Positions 10,631-21,372 of a DNA stretch of 64,000 nucleotides are shown piece after piece. A program made the position numbers and the translations under genes. Position 1 is the stretch's first letter, and the number at the start of each line of letters is the position of its first letter. Under the pieces are notes generated by a model, which saw only the letters and a program-made list of their open reading frames with translations, searched no databases and was not told the origin of the DNA. Origin of the DNA: an uncultured delta proteobacterium (GTDB taxonomy: Bacteria; Myxococcota_A; Polyangia; Polyangiales; Polyangiaceae); contig CAVOKF010000001.1 in the NCBI GenBank assembly GCA_963696385.1, forward strand, positions 256,001 to 320,000, given 5' to 3'.

Positions 10631-11551
10631 ATGGCTCTCGACGCATCTCTCCGAACACGCATTTCCGACCTCGTGACCCAGAACCGGGTGGTTCTGTTCA
10701 TGAAGGGAACTCGGCAGTCGCCCCAGTGCGGGTTTTCCGCCCAGGTGGTGCAAATCCTCGACGGACTCTTGCCGAGCTACGAAACGGTCGACGTGCTCCG
10801 TTCCCCCGAAATTCGAGCCGGTATCAAAGATTTTTCGGAGTGGCCGACGATTCCGCAATTGTACGTGGATGGGAGATTCGTCGGCGGCTGCGACATCGTG
10901 GGCGAGATGAATCGGTCTGGAGCGCTCGCGAGGCTTCTGGGCGCGAGCGTGCCAGAGCCGACGGTGCCGTCGGTCACGATGAGTCAGGCCGCCGTCAAAG
11001 CGTTCGAAGCGGCTCTCGGTGAGGCGGCCGGAGATTCGCTGCGTCTCGGGATCGACGCCGATTGGCAGAATGAGCTCTTCATCGCACCGCGCGAGCCCGG
11101 CGATACCGAAGTCCTCGTGTCCGGACTGACGCTGCTCCTCGATGGCCCGAGTGTGCGACGGGCCGATGGCGTGCACATCGATTTCGTCGAGGGCCCCGGC
11201 GGCGGCTTCCGGATCGACAACCCCAACGCGCCGCCAATCGTCAAGCCGCTGACCGCGGCGGAGCTCAAGTCGCGACTCGATCGGGGCGACATTGCGCTCT
11301 TCGATGTCAGGCCGGACGACGAGCGCGCGTTGGCCCACATTGCGGCCGCGCGGCCTCTCGATGCCGCAGGACACGCGATTCTGTCGGGGCTCGACCGCAG
11401 CACCCCCATCGCGTTGCTGTGCCATCACGGGGTTCGGAGCCTCGACGCCGCCGAGCGGCTGATCCGCCAAGGCTACCGCAACGTCTACAACGTGAAGGGC
11501 GGCATCGACGCCTGGTCTCAGACCGTCAATCCGGCGGTGCCGCGCTACTAA
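10631..11551 (+). CDS. grxD: monothiol glutaredoxin (CGFS) fused to IscA/HesB-like and rhodanese domains
   Basis: LFMKGT..PQCGFS, WPTIPQLY, GGCDI; GFRIDNPNA; LCHHGVRS, GGIDAWS. Confidence 0.88.
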   Translation: MALDASLRTRISDLVTQNRVVLFMKGTRQSPQCGFSAQVVQILDGLLPSYETVDVLRSPEIRAGIKDFSEWPTIPQLYVDGRFVGGCDIVGEMNRSGALARLLGASVPEPTVPSVTMSQAAVKAFEAALGEAAGDSLRLGIDADWQNELFIAPREPGDTEVLVSGLTLLLDGPSVRRADGVHIDFVEGPGGGFRIDNPNAPPIVKPLTAAELKSRLDRGDIALFDVRPDDERALAHIAAARPLDAAGHAILSGLDRSTPIALLCHHGVRSLDAAERLIRQGYRNVYNVKGGIDAWSQTVNPAVPRY

Positions 11552-11568
11552 AGGGACAAGGATCGATC

Positions 11569-11829
11569 ATGGGTTCCCATCCGACCGATTTCCAAGGGTC
11601 TGTCGTCGACGCGCTTCGCGAGGCCATCGAGCGGCAGATCCCCGGTTGCCACGCCGACGTCACCGGCGGAGGCGGACACTTCAGCATCGATGTGACGTCT
11701 TCGGCCTTCGCCGGCAAGAGCCTGCTCGAGAGTCAGCGAATGGTCTACGGGGCTATCGCTCACCTGATGAAAGGCGACTTGGCGCCCGTGCATGCGGTCG
11801 ACCGGCTGCAGACCCGAGTCCCGACGTAA
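11569..11829 (+). CDS. BolA/IbaG-family protein
   Basis: GGGGHFSIDVTSSAFAGKSLLESQRMVYGAI...VHAVD; directly after grxD. Confidence 0.88.
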   Translation: MGSHPTDFQGSVVDALREAIERQIPGCHADVTGGGGHFSIDVTSSAFAGKSLLESQRMVYGAIAHLMKGDLAPVHAVDRLQTRVPT

Positions 11830-11878
11830 TCCTCGGTACGAAAGCGATGCCCCGCTTTCCCCAAGGGCAAAACAGGCC

Positions 11879-13176
11879 ATGCACGAGACGCTTCACGCCT
11901 ATCCGCGCGACCTTGTCGCCTTCGTTCGGCGACGTTGGCCCGACGACGTACGCTGGACGGCCACGGGCGAAGTTCGGCTCGAACGATTGGTTTCGACCGC
12001 CTACCAGGCTTCGTTGCTCCGCGACGAAGGGCGCGTGACGTCGTTCCGCCTCCTCGTCGCGTCGCCCGAGTCGTTGCCGGAGGCTGGCCATCCGCCGATG
12101 GGCCTTCACCGGCTCCGATTCCAAGAAGCGCGGCCGTTCGAGGCCAACGAGATCCGGAGCTTGACTCCGGCGGCGGCGTACCATCGGGCGCTCATCGGGG
12201 TCTCCGAAAGCAACGACGAAAGCAACGAGGAGCTCGCGATCTGGGGTCTCATTCAGTCGGGCCCCCGCTGGTTGCAAGCCTCGACCGGGGGTCGAGTGAA
12301 CGAACCGACTCTTCCCCGTGCGTTGGTCATCCGCGTATCGCGTCCGGGCCATGTGGCCGTGGCCCTCGGCAACCGTACGATCGCCGAGCTGAGTTCGGGT
12401 CGTCTGACGGATTTTGCCGTGGATGTGTTCGAATCCCAATGGTTGCCCGATCGCTTCGCGACCGTCCGAGGCGAGCTCGAGGCCGTCGTTGCCGAACGGG
12501 GCGCAGGGGTCACACCTGCGTGGCGCCCACTCGACCCGAGCCTCGTACGCAGTCTGTCGGCCCAGATGTTCAAGCGCGTGATCGCCACGATCCGCGCCGC
12601 GCACCACGGTGGGACGGTGTTGTTGCTGCCGCCGGAGTGCGCGCAACACATCGCGAACGAACGATTCGTCAGGCTCAAATACGCGTTCGTCGACGAGGAG
12701 CCTCGTAGGCGTTACCGGACGCTCGTGACGCAGGTGCTCACGGCGATGGCGAAGGACTCGCCGGGCGATCCATCGCCGGCGGGGTGGGAGACGTACCGCA
12801 AGTGCCGGAGTTCGGATCTGGGCGAAGTGGACGAAGCCATTTTCGAAGTCAGTCACCTGTTGGCGTCTCTGGCGAACGTCGACGGCGCGGTGGTCTTGAC
12901 GAAGCGATTCGAGATTCTGGGGTTCGGGGGGAAATTGCGGGTGACTTGGCCGAGGTCCATACGGTCCAGCGTGCGCTCAACCTCGAGGGTACCCACTGGG
13001 AGGCGGAGCGCGTCGATGAGGTCGGGACGCGACACCGATCGGCTTACCGGCTCTGTGCCCGGTTTCATGATGCGCTGGCGGTCGTCATCTCGCAGGATGG
13101 GTCGGTGCGGTTCATCGCCTGGCATGCCGGGGGAGTGACCTACTGGGACCACGCCTCGATCGCTGCGGAGGGGTGA
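11879..13176 (+). CDS. probable diadenylate cyclase (DisA_N/DAC domain with a DACNV-like N-terminal domain), split by a -1 indel in the G-run 12926-12931
   Basis: AYQASLLRDEGR N-term; HHGG; VDGAVVL then, after the shift, GFGGEI...GTRHRSAYRLC...AVVISQDG (DGA and RHR motifs). Confidence 0.75.
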
Positions 13177-13185
13177 GCGCGGTCG

Positions 13186-13608
13186 TCAACCGCCGGACGG
13201 GCTCGCGCCGGCACAGGCATCGACGCCGTCAGAGGACTTCTCGCAGTCCCAGATGCCGTCCGAACACGAACAACTCCACGAAGTGAGTACGCCTGGGCAT
13301 ACCTCGGCGGCCGCTGCGCACGATTGACCCGTCGAGCACGATCCCGAGGGAAGTCCGCTGTCGGACGTGACCACGGTCGCCCCGTCGTAACTGACCGCGT
13401 TCGGGTCCTGGCAGGCGAGCGTGATGTCTCCGATGGGAAGGCACGAGCCCGTGCAGGTCGAAGCGGAGGCATCCGGCGTGGCAGACGACGCTGGGGCAGG
13501 CGAGGGTGCGGCGCTGTCGCCCGAACAACCACCCAGCGTGGCGCTCCAGGCGAAAGCGGCCCCGAAGAAGAAGCGAAGGCACGTCGCAGAGACGGCAAGG
13601 CGAAGCAT
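13186..13608 (-). CDS. small Cys-rich secreted lipoprotein
   Basis: Lipobox LGGC; SCSCSDGIWDC and other Cys. Confidence 0.65.
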   Translation of the reverse strand: MLRLAVSATCLRFFFGAAFAWSATLGGCSGDSAAPSPAPASSATPDASASTCTGSCLPIGDITLACQDPNAVSYDGATVVTSDSGLPSGSCSTGQSCAAAAEVCPGVLTSWSCSCSDGIWDCEKSSDGVDACAGASPSGG

Positions 13609-13710
13609 ATTCGTTACGGTAGCAAGAGGCTAACCCAAGGGCTCGACGAGCGAGGACCCGGAAAGTGGCCCGGGTGGCTGAGGCCAGGGTGTGCCAGTCC
13701 GACTTTTCGG

Positions 13711-15069
13711 TCACGCTCGGTCGACCCGGTGCGACGTGCGCGCTACGCCACCCGTCGGCGCTCGCGCATCGCCGGCCCGGACCGCCGAATCAGCCTGGCC
13801 ACTTCCCCGTTGCGCAGGCGGCAGTGCTCTCTCTGTCGCGTGCGTGATGAGCCGCGCGCCGCGTTTGTAGGTCACGTACGCCCAGAACCACTCGAACATC
13901 ACGATCGCGCGGTTGCGGAACCCGATCAGGTACCAGATGTGGACGATCAGCCACGCGAGCCATGCGATGAAGCCGCTGAGCTTCAACCCGAACGGCTCCG
14001 CCACGGCCCGGGATCGGCCGATCGTCGCCATGATTCCCTTGTCGAAGTAGTGGAAGCGGCCTCGTGAGGTGCGCTGGATCGTCCGCTCGATCGCGCGCGC
14101 CACGAACTGGCCCCCCTGCATGGCCACCTGGCTCACTCCCGGCAGCAGGTTGCCGTCCTGCTCGAAGTGGATGACGTCTCCGATCGCGAACGCCTCGGGA
14201 TGACCGGGGATCGAGAGATCCTCGCCCACCAGGATGCGCCCTTGCGGGTCGACGGGCACTCCGAGGGTCCCGACGATCTCGGACACCTGGACACCGGCGG
14301 CCCACACGACGGTCGCGGCGTCGATCCGCTCGCTCCCGAGCTCGACGCCGCGCGCATCGATCCCGGTCACCCTCGCCCCCGTCCGCACGACGACCCCCAG
14401 CTCTTCGAGTTGATCGACGGCCTTCGCGGAGAGCGTGGGGTCGAAGCTCGGAAGGATGCGCGGTCCCGCCTCGAGCAACATCACGCGCGCCTCTTCGGGA
14501 CGGATCGCGCGGAAGTCCTTCCGGAGCACGAAGCGCCGTAGCTCGGCGAACGCCCCGGCAAGCTCGACGCCGGTCGGGCCGCCGCCGATGGCGACGAACG
14601 TCAGCAGCCGCGTGCGCTCGGTCTCGTCCGCTTCGCGCTCTGCCCGCTCGAAGGCGAGGAGCGTTCGACGTCGTACGTCGATGGCGTCGTCGAGCGACTT
14701 CAATCCGGGGGCGTACGGCTCCCATTCGGGGTGCCCGAAGTAGTTCGTGCGTGCTCCTGCCGCCAGCACGAGAAAGTCGTAGGAGGTCTCTCCGTCCGCG
14801 AAGACGACGCGCTTCGCGGTGAGGTCGATTCGCGTGACGGTGGCGAGCAGGACCTCCAGGTTCTCCTGCCCCGAAAGGATCGATCGAATCGGCGAAGCGA
14901 TGTCGGCGGGAGAGAGGCCGGCACTCGCCACTTGGTAGAGCAGCGGCTGAAAGACGTGATGGTTCGTGCGGTCGACGAGCGTCACGCGCACGCGGACGCG
15001 CGCCAGCTTTTTCGCGGCGATCAGGCCACCGAACCCTCCGCCGACGATCACCACCTTCGGCTCTGTCAT
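13711..15069 (-). CDS. ndh: type II NADH dehydrogenase (FAD-dependent)
   Basis: VVIVGGGFGG, HHVFQPLLYQVA, GGGPTGVELAG, YFDKGIMATIGRS. Confidence 0.92.
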   Translation of the reverse strand: MTEPKVVIVGGGFGGLIAAKKLARVRVRVTLVDRTNHHVFQPLLYQVASAGLSPADIASPIRSILSGQENLEVLLATVTRIDLTAKRVVFADGETSYDFLVLAAGARTNYFGHPEWEPYAPGLKSLDDAIDVRRRTLLAFERAEREADETERTRLLTFVAIGGGPTGVELAGAFAELRRFVLRKDFRAIRPEEARVMLLEAGPRILPSFDPTLSAKAVDQLEELGVVVRTGARVTGIDARGVELGSERIDAATVVWAAGVQVSEIVGTLGVPVDPQGRILVGEDLSIPGHPEAFAIGDVIHFEQDGNLLPGVSQVAMQGGQFVARAIERTIQRTSRGRFHYFDKGIMATIGRSRAVAEPFGLKLSGFIAWLAWLIVHIWYLIGFRNRAIVMFEWFWAYVTYKRGARLITHATERALPPAQRGSGQADSAVRAGDARAPTGGVARTSHRVDRA

Positions 15070-15306
15070 CCTCTGCCGGATCCTCCCTTCGCTTTTGCGT
15101 GTCGCGGCGCTCGCCGAGCCCCCCTTTTCGCTTAGGGCCTGCGGCGCCGAGCGACCAGTCCCGCCGCGCGTGGCGCGGGGGTCTAACGCCCGCGGTATCG
15201 CGGACGATCGGTGTAGGATGGGCGCGTTCGCGAAGCCGAGTGGCCGCGCTCGATGTCGAGCGACTCGATCGCCCGCGTCTGCGCGCAACGGCGAAGGACA
15301 AAAAGC

Positions 15307-16326
15307 ATGGTCGACAACGGGTCGGAAACGGGCGTGGGCCTCGTGCTCGCAGGAGCGGTGGCGCAAGGCGCTTTCGGCGCCGGCGCGGTGAGCGCGTTTG
15401 CGAACCAGCAACCGAGGATCCTGCAGATCGCTGGCACGAGCTCCGGCGCGCTCAACGCCGTTGTCGTGGCGGCGGGCGTTGCCACCGGACAGCTCGATCG
15501 TGCGACATCCATCCTCACGAGACTCTGGCTCGATCACGGAGCGTGGACGGACGTCGCGCACTTTCGCGTCAACGACTGGTTTCACGCCCGTGGTCTGCTC
15601 GACACGAAGCGGTTGAGCGAAATCGTCCAAGATGGCATTGGCGAGGTCCTGCAGGGATGGGGGGGCGCTTCCCCGAGAGCCCCCGTCAACGTGACGCTCG
15701 TCGCGACCAACCTCGATGGCCGCCCGGGGCCGGCGAGTGCGGTCTGCTTGCCCACCTACGAGCAACCGATCCAGTTTACAGCGGAGGACTTTGTCGATTC
15801 GGCCAAGTGGCCGCTCATCGCCAATGCGGCCGTCGCCTCGGCAACATTTCCCGGCCTCTTTTCGCCCACCAAGGCCACCGCCGCCGACGGAGCTCCCTGC
15901 ATCGACGGCGGCGCGGTGAACAATGCCCCCATCTCGTACGTGCTCGAGGACGCGCGGGTCCACAAGGTCGTCGTCGTGACGAGTGCCTCGTCCCGGTGGG
16001 CCGTGAGGTCCGACTTCGGCGGCGCCGATCTCGCCGCCAAGGTCGCCGACGCGCTGATTCAGGAGCGCGTGGCCCACGACCTCGTCGCCGCCCATAAGGC
16101 CAACCGGCGCTATGAGGCTATCGGGCGAGCGCTCGACGAGTCGAACGTGCAGGCCAGCGTGAAGACACGAGTGCTCGAAGCGTCGGGGTACCGCATGGTC
16201 GACCTCTATTTGGTTCGTCCCGATCCGCCGCTCATCGGCGATGCGTTCTCGGGCTTCTGTAGCCGTTCGCAACGAAGTAGCTATATCGAGGCGGGTCGGA
16301 GCGCCCCGATGATTCGCGTCGAGTAG
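15307..16326 (+). CDS. patatin-like phospholipase
   Basis: LVLAGAVAQGAF, GTSSG (GxSxG), ASATFPGLF, DGG. Confidence 0.85.
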   Translation: MVDNGSETGVGLVLAGAVAQGAFGAGAVSAFANQQPRILQIAGTSSGALNAVVVAAGVATGQLDRATSILTRLWLDHGAWTDVAHFRVNDWFHARGLLDTKRLSEIVQDGIGEVLQGWGGASPRAPVNVTLVATNLDGRPGPASAVCLPTYEQPIQFTAEDFVDSAKWPLIANAAVASATFPGLFSPTKATAADGAPCIDGGAVNNAPISYVLEDARVHKVVVVTSASSRWAVRSDFGGADLAAKVADALIQERVAHDLVAAHKANRRYEAIGRALDESNVQASVKTRVLEASGYRMVDLYLVRPDPPLIGDAFSGFCSRSQRSSYIEAGRSAPMIRVE

Positions 16327-16434
16327 CGGCGTATGGACGACGCCAGGATCGGCGCAAAACCGCGGGTCGTGGCACTCGCCTCGAAGCACGCGGGCGTGGA
16401 CGACTCGCCGACGATCCGACCCGGGTAACCGCCG

Positions 16435-17196
16435 ATGTTCGACATCTTCAAGACCCGCCGCCGCGCTCTGCTTCGCAAAGAACCGTTCACCGAGGCGGAG
16501 CGTGCGATCGTGAAGAAGAACGTCCCCTATGTGGCGCGACTCGACGAAGCCGATCGGCATGAGATCGAAGGGCTCGTGCGCATCTTCTTGGCGGAAAAAT
16601 CCTTCGAAGGGTGCGGCGGACTCGATCTCACCGAAGAGATCAAGGTCACGATCGCCGCGCAGGCCTGCCGCCTTCTTCTTCATCGCGACACCGATGTCTA
16701 TCCCGACGTCGCCTCGATCCTCGTGTATCCGAGCGCGTACCGAGCTCCCGGCCAAAGCGCGGAGGGGGGCATCGTGCTCGAAGGCGGGCAAGCCCGTCTC
16801 GGCGAGTCGTGGATGAGCGGCGTCGTCGTGCTGGCTTGGGATCACGTGAAGTCCGACGCCACGCAGCCGGCCCACGGGCAGAACGTCGTGCTTCACGAGT
16901 TCGCGCACCAACTCGACGGCGAGGACGGTTCGATGGACGGGGCGCCCGACCTGGGCGCGCGCGCGAGGTACACGTCCTGGGCGCGCGTGCTCGGCGAGGA
17001 GTTCGCCGATCTCGTGCAGAAGGTCCACGCGGGTCGCCCGACCGACATCGACGCGTACGGCGCGACGAATCCCGCCGAGTTCTTTGCCGTGGCCACCGAG
17101 ATGTTCTTCGAGAAGTCGCGCGCGATGAAGCAGCGCCATCCCGATCTCTACGGCGAGCTCGTGGCGTTTTACAAACAGGATCCTGCCGCCCAGTGA
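16435..17196 (+). CDS. MtfA/YeeI-like zinc-dependent peptidase (M90)
   Basis: IAAQAC, NVVLHEFAHQLD, YGATNPAEFFAVATEMFFE. Confidence 0.92.
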   Translation: MFDIFKTRRRALLRKEPFTEAERAIVKKNVPYVARLDEADRHEIEGLVRIFLAEKSFEGCGGLDLTEEIKVTIAAQACRLLLHRDTDVYPDVASILVYPSAYRAPGQSAEGGIVLEGGQARLGESWMSGVVVLAWDHVKSDATQPAHGQNVVLHEFAHQLDGEDGSMDGAPDLGARARYTSWARVLGEEFADLVQKVHAGRPTDIDAYGATNPAEFFAVATEMFFEKSRAMKQRHPDLYGELVAFYKQDPAAQ

Positions 17197-17225
17197 GTGC
17201 CGTGCTACTCGTCCGAGCGCAACCG

Positions 17226-17429
17226 ATGAGTGCTCCCCCGGCTTGCAAGGTCTGCGGCCATCCGGTCGTCGCCGCCAAGAACCACGACATTCCGGCGCCG
17301 AAGTCGGTGCAGATGTTCCCGAAATTCAAGTGCAAGTGCGGCAAGGCGGCGTACGTGCGCTGCTTCAACGGCCTCGGGACGATCTGGATCGAGTGCGAGG
17401 ATGGGCACGGCGCAGGGCGGCCCGCCTAG
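17226..17429 (+). CDS. small Cys/His-rich putative Zn-binding protein (67 aa)
   Basis: CKVCGH...CKCGK...RC...ECEDGH; high-GC3 codon usage. Confidence 0.6.
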   Translation: MSAPPACKVCGHPVVAAKNHDIPAPKSVQMFPKFKCKCGKAAYVRCFNGLGTIWIECEDGHGAGRPA

Positions 17430-17615
17430 GCGAGGGGATTCGGGGCCTCGGATCCGGCGTGCGTCGCGCACGGATTGCGCGCCCACGAACCCGCTGCGGT
17501 CCGGCCGGCCACGACGACGAGCTCGCCGCCGTGCGTGTCGCAAACCGGCCGTTCGGGCGATCGCGGATGAGGTCCTCGGACCGCGGTGGCCCGGTGCGTG
17601 CAGTGCTCTCATGTC

Positions 17616-18707
17616 ATGCAAACGTCGGATGAGTCCCGGGCCCCCGCCGAGGGCCCGCTCGCGAGCCGCGGTCCCCGGGAGCCCGTCGCGACGCCTTGGC
17701 GGCACCGATTCACTCGCGTGGAAGGCGTTGACCTGCACTGGGTCGAGTTGGGTGAGCCGACGGGCAAGCCCCCGCTCGTGCTCTTGCACGGGTTGAACGA
17801 TTGCTACCTCACATGGCGTACCCTCGCTCCGCTTCTTGCGACAGACCGGCTCGTTCTCGTCCCGGACCTTCCCGGGCATGGCCTCTCCGGGCGGCCCGAT
17901 GCGAGCTACGAGCTGCGATGGTACGCGCACGTCATGGCTCGATGGTTCGAAGCCCTCGCTCTCGACGGCGTCGATGTCGTCGGGCACTCCTTCGGGGGTG
18001 GAGTCGCGCAGGTTCTGTTGCTCGAATGCCCCGGGCGCGTTCGCCGGTTGGCGCTCGTTTCGTCGGGCGGGCTCGGTCGCGAGATCGCGCCGACACTCCG
18101 CCTCGCCGCGATCCCTTTCGTGGTCGAGCGTCTCGGTCAGCCGTTCATGGGTCCGGGCACGCGACTGGCGCTCAAGGCGACGGGCGACGTGCTCTCGAAC
18201 GAAGAGATCCGGGCGCTCGGCGCCATGAATGCGCAGCGCGGTTCGGCGCGCGCGTTCGCACGGACCGTGCGCGACATCATCGATTGGCGCGGGCAGCGGC
18301 ACACGTTCTTCGAACATGCCACGGAACTGTCGCATCTGCCGGCGATTGCGGTCCTCTGGGGGGATCGTGACTCCGTCATCCCGCCCGCGCATGCCCGGGC
18401 GCTGGCCGGAGCCGTGGAAGGGGTTCGCGTGGTTCTGTTCGACGGATGCGGGCACTACCCCCACCACGAACAACCCGAGCGGTTCATGCTCGAGCTGCGC
18501 GACTTTCTCGACGATCCTGCCGCCCCCAAAGCCCGCTTGCGCGAAGCGCGCGGCGAGCAGCGGCGGAGCCGTCTGTCCACGTGGCTCGCGCCGCCGCGTC
18601 GCCCTCACCTCTGGCAGAAAGGCGCCTACCGCTCCCCCCTCGGGCGATCGACCCGTGGCGCTGCCAGCGGGACGAATCGGCCGAGCGAGGCGTCGAGCGT
18701 CGCCTGA
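17616..18707 (+). CDS. alpha/beta-fold hydrolase
   Basis: LLHGL, PDLPGHGLS, GHSFGG, WGDRD, GHYPH. Confidence 0.92.
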   Translation: MQTSDESRAPAEGPLASRGPREPVATPWRHRFTRVEGVDLHWVELGEPTGKPPLVLLHGLNDCYLTWRTLAPLLATDRLVLVPDLPGHGLSGRPDASYELRWYAHVMARWFEALALDGVDVVGHSFGGGVAQVLLLECPGRVRRLALVSSGGLGREIAPTLRLAAIPFVVERLGQPFMGPGTRLALKATGDVLSNEEIRALGAMNAQRGSARAFARTVRDIIDWRGQRHTFFEHATELSHLPAIAVLWGDRDSVIPPAHARALAGAVEGVRVVLFDGCGHYPHHEQPERFMLELRDFLDDPAAPKARLREARGEQRRSRLSTWLAPPRRPHLWQKGAYRSPLGRSTRGAASGTNRPSEASSVA

Positions 18708-18986
18708 CGTCGCCGGCTCGAGACGTCACCGGCCCGAGCGAGCCGGCTACGACCGTCGGCGGCAATCGGCGGCGTCCCCGCTCGTCTCGTAGGTCTCCAC
18801 GCTGCCGCTGTTGGCCAGCGCCTCTCTGACAGCAACCGCCCGTCGGGGCATACGGGGTGGCTTGCGAACTGCGATCCGCAGGATGCAAGCATCGTCGTTC
18901 GTTTTCCGAACTCCACCCGTTGCGGTAACGTCACGCGATCCACGGCGTGAAAGATCCGCGCCCTGCGAGGAGGATCGAGAAGGACG

Positions 18987-21341
18987 ATGAAGTCGACGAC
19001 GCTTGCGGCCGCTCGTGTGGCCATGGCGCTCGCCGTGATCGGCGTGACCGGATGTTCCGAATCGTGCTCGTGCCGGGGCAGAGACCGTACGGCGATCGGT
19101 TCGGCCTCTAAGTCGACGGCCGATTCGACCGGGGCGTTCGGCGAGCGGCTCCCCGGAGCGCCGCCCATCGACGCGGAGCTTGCGAGAAAGCTCGAGGCGA
19201 AGTGGAACGCGCGGCCGCCGGAGTACAAGCCGCGCACGCGCCATCTGCAGAAGGACGGGTCGCCGAAGTACACGAACCGCCTCTTCTTGCAGTCGAGCCC
19301 GTACTTGCTGCAGCACGCCCACAATCCGGTCGATTGGTACGCGTGGGGCGACGAGGCCTTCCAGGCGGCGCAGAGGCTCCATCGCCCCGTCTTTCTCAGT
19401 GTGGGCTACTCGACCTGCCACTGGTGTCACGTGATGGAGGAGGATTCGTTCGAGGACGAAGACATCGCTCGGTACCTCAACGAGAACTTCATCGCGATCA
19501 AAGTCGACCGCGAGGAGCGCCCGGACGTCGATGCTCTGTACATGCAAGCCGTTCAAGAGCTTTCCGGCAAGGGCGGCTGGCCGATGAGCGTGTGGCTTAC
19601 GCCCGACCGAAAACCCTTCTACGGCGGGACGTTTTACCCCGCGCGAGCGTTCTCCGGTTTGCTTCAAAAGGTCGTCGGATTCTATCGCGAAAACCCCGGC
19701 CGAGTCGTCCAGGGCGCGAGCCGCCTCACCGACAAGATCCGCCGGAGCCTCGAGTCTCCGGATCCCGGGGGCGGTCTTGCGCCCGAGTCGGTGCTCGGCA
19801 CCGCGGTCGCCCAGGTTCGGACCGACTTCGATTCGACCGACGGCGGGATGAAGCGCGGGCCGAAATTCCCCAGCACGATGCCCATCCGGCTTCTCTTGCA
19901 CCACTACCGACGCACGGGAGACGCGCAGTCTCTGAAAATGGCCGTCCTGACGCTCGAGAAGATGGCGGCCGGAGGGATTCACGATCAGGTCGGCGGCGGT
20001 TTTCATCGGTACTCGACCGATGCGCATTGGCTCGTGCCGCACTTCGAGAAGATGCTCTACGACAACGCGCTTCTCGCCATGGACTACTTGGCCGGCTACC
20101 AGGTGACCGGTCGGAAGGACTTCTCCGCCGTGGCGCGCGACATCCTGCGATACGTGCAGCGCGACATGACCTCGCCCGAGGGCGCGTTCTACTCGGCCAC
20201 CGACGCGGACAGTCGGGGTCCCGACGGACGTCGCGAGGAGGGGTGGTTTTTCACCTTCACACCCCGGGAAATGTCCGCTGCGCTGGGCGAAGATCGGGGG
20301 CGCATCGCCGCCGCCTACTACGGCGTAACGGAGGCCGGAAACTTCCACGGGCGCACGGTCCTCCACACGGCGTCATCGGCAGAGGACGTCGCGAAGAGTC
20401 TCGACGTTCCGGTCGACCGAGTCACCTCGGTCGTAGACGAGTCACGGGACCTGATTTACGCGGCACGCGCAAAGCGTCCGCGCCCCGATCGAGACGAAAA
20501 GATCCTGGCGGCATGGAACGGTCTGATGATCTCGGCCTACGCGCAGGCGTCGCTCGTGCTGGGCGACGCGCAGTACGCGGCGAACGCGACCCGCGCAGCC
20601 GCGTTCGTCCTGACCCAAATGCGCAAGGATGGCAGGCTCCTCCGTAGCTTCGAGGACGGAGCGGCGCACGGCGACGCGTATTTGGACGACTACGCATTTT
20701 TCATCGCAGGTCTGCTGGATCTCTTCGAGGCGACCGGAGATCCCCGCTGGTTCAAGGAGGCCCTCGGCCTCGATGCGGTTCTCGCGCAGCATTACGAGGA
20801 TCCGCGCAAGGGCGGCTTCTTTCTCACGAGTGACGACCATCCGAAGCTTCTCGTGCGCGAGAAACCAGCGCTCGACGGGGCCGAGCCCTCGGGAAACTCC
20901 ATCGAGGCACTGAATCTGCTCCGCTTCAGGGAGTTTACGTTTCCGGATCGACGCTTCGAACCGCGCGCCGACCGCACGCTCGGCGCGTTCAAGGAAACGT
21001 TGGTCAGCAATCCGCTCGCGCTGTCGGAGATGCTCCTCGCGGTCGACTTCCGATACGATTCTCCGAAGGAGATCGTCATCGTCACGCCGAAGGCGCGTGC
21101 CGAAGCCGCACCGTTTCTCGAGCGGCTGGGCAGGACATTTCTCCCCAACCGGGTGCTTTCGGTCGTGACCGACGGAGCGGATCAAACCGAAGAGGGCGAT
21201 CTCCTACCCGCCATTCGCGCCAAAGTGGCCCTCAAGGGCGCTGCGACGGCGTACGTTTGCGAGAACCAAACGTGCGACCTGCCCACGACCGACCCAGACG
21301 TCTTCAGTCAGCAGATCCGTAAGGTGCGTGTCATCCGGTAA
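18987..21341 (+). CDS. thioredoxin-domain YyaL/SSP411 (DUF255) family protein with a lipoprotein-like N-terminus
   Basis: [46 protein letters not shown]. Confidence 0.93.
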   Translation: MKSTTLAAARVAMALAVIGVTGCSESCSCRGRDRTAIGSASKSTADSTGAFGERLPGAPPIDAELARKLEAKWNARPPEYKPRTRHLQKDGSPKYTNRLFLQSSPYLLQHAHNPVDWYAWGDEAFQAAQRLHRPVFLSVGYSTCHWCHVMEEDSFEDEDIARYLNENFIAIKVDREERPDVDALYMQAVQELSGKGGWPMSVWLTPDRKPFYGGTFYPARAFSGLLQKVVGFYRENPGRVVQGASRLTDKIRRSLESPDPGGGLAPESVLGTAVAQVRTDFDSTDGGMKRGPKFPSTMPIRLLLHHYRRTGDAQSLKMAVLTLEKMAAGGIHDQVGGGFHRYSTDAHWLVPHFEKMLYDNALLAMDYLAGYQVTGRKDFSAVARDILRYVQRDMTSPEGAFYSATDADSRGPDGRREEGWFFTFTPREMSAALGEDRGRIAAAYYGVTEAGNFHGRTVLHTASSAEDVAKSLDVPVDRVTSVVDESRDLIYAARAKRPRPDRDEKILAAWNGLMISAYAQASLVLGDAQYAANATRAAAFVLTQMRKDGRLLRSFEDGAAHGDAYLDDYAFFIAGLLDLFEATGDPRWFKEALGLDAVLAQHYEDPRKGGFFLTSDDHPKLLVREKPALDGAEPSGNSIEALNLLRFREFTFPDRRFEPRADRTLGAFKETLVSNPLALSEMLLAVDFRYDSPKEIVIVTPKARAEAAPFLERLGRTFLPNRVLSVVTDGADQTEEGDLLPAIRAKVALKGAATAYVCENQTCDLPTTDPDVFSQQIRKVRVIR

Positions 21342-21372
21342 GTCCACCGCCCGAGAACAACGGGATCAGCCG

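Noticed and set aside
12920..12940. Programmed ribosomal frameshift in the DAC gene
   Set aside because: No stimulatory structure was identified, and three other isolated indels in the window make assembly error more parsimonious.
11879..16326. CBASS-like defence system from the DAC-like cyclase plus patatin
   Set aside because: The two genes are 2 kb apart, separated by two opposite-strand genes. The cyclase is DisA-type rather than a CD-NTase, and no Cap ancillary genes are present.
13711..17139. 1142-aa ORF on the minus strand
   Set aside because: Only the last 452 aa (from ATG 15069) are NDH-2. The rest is an antisense shadow of the patatin and MtfA genes in high-GC DNA.
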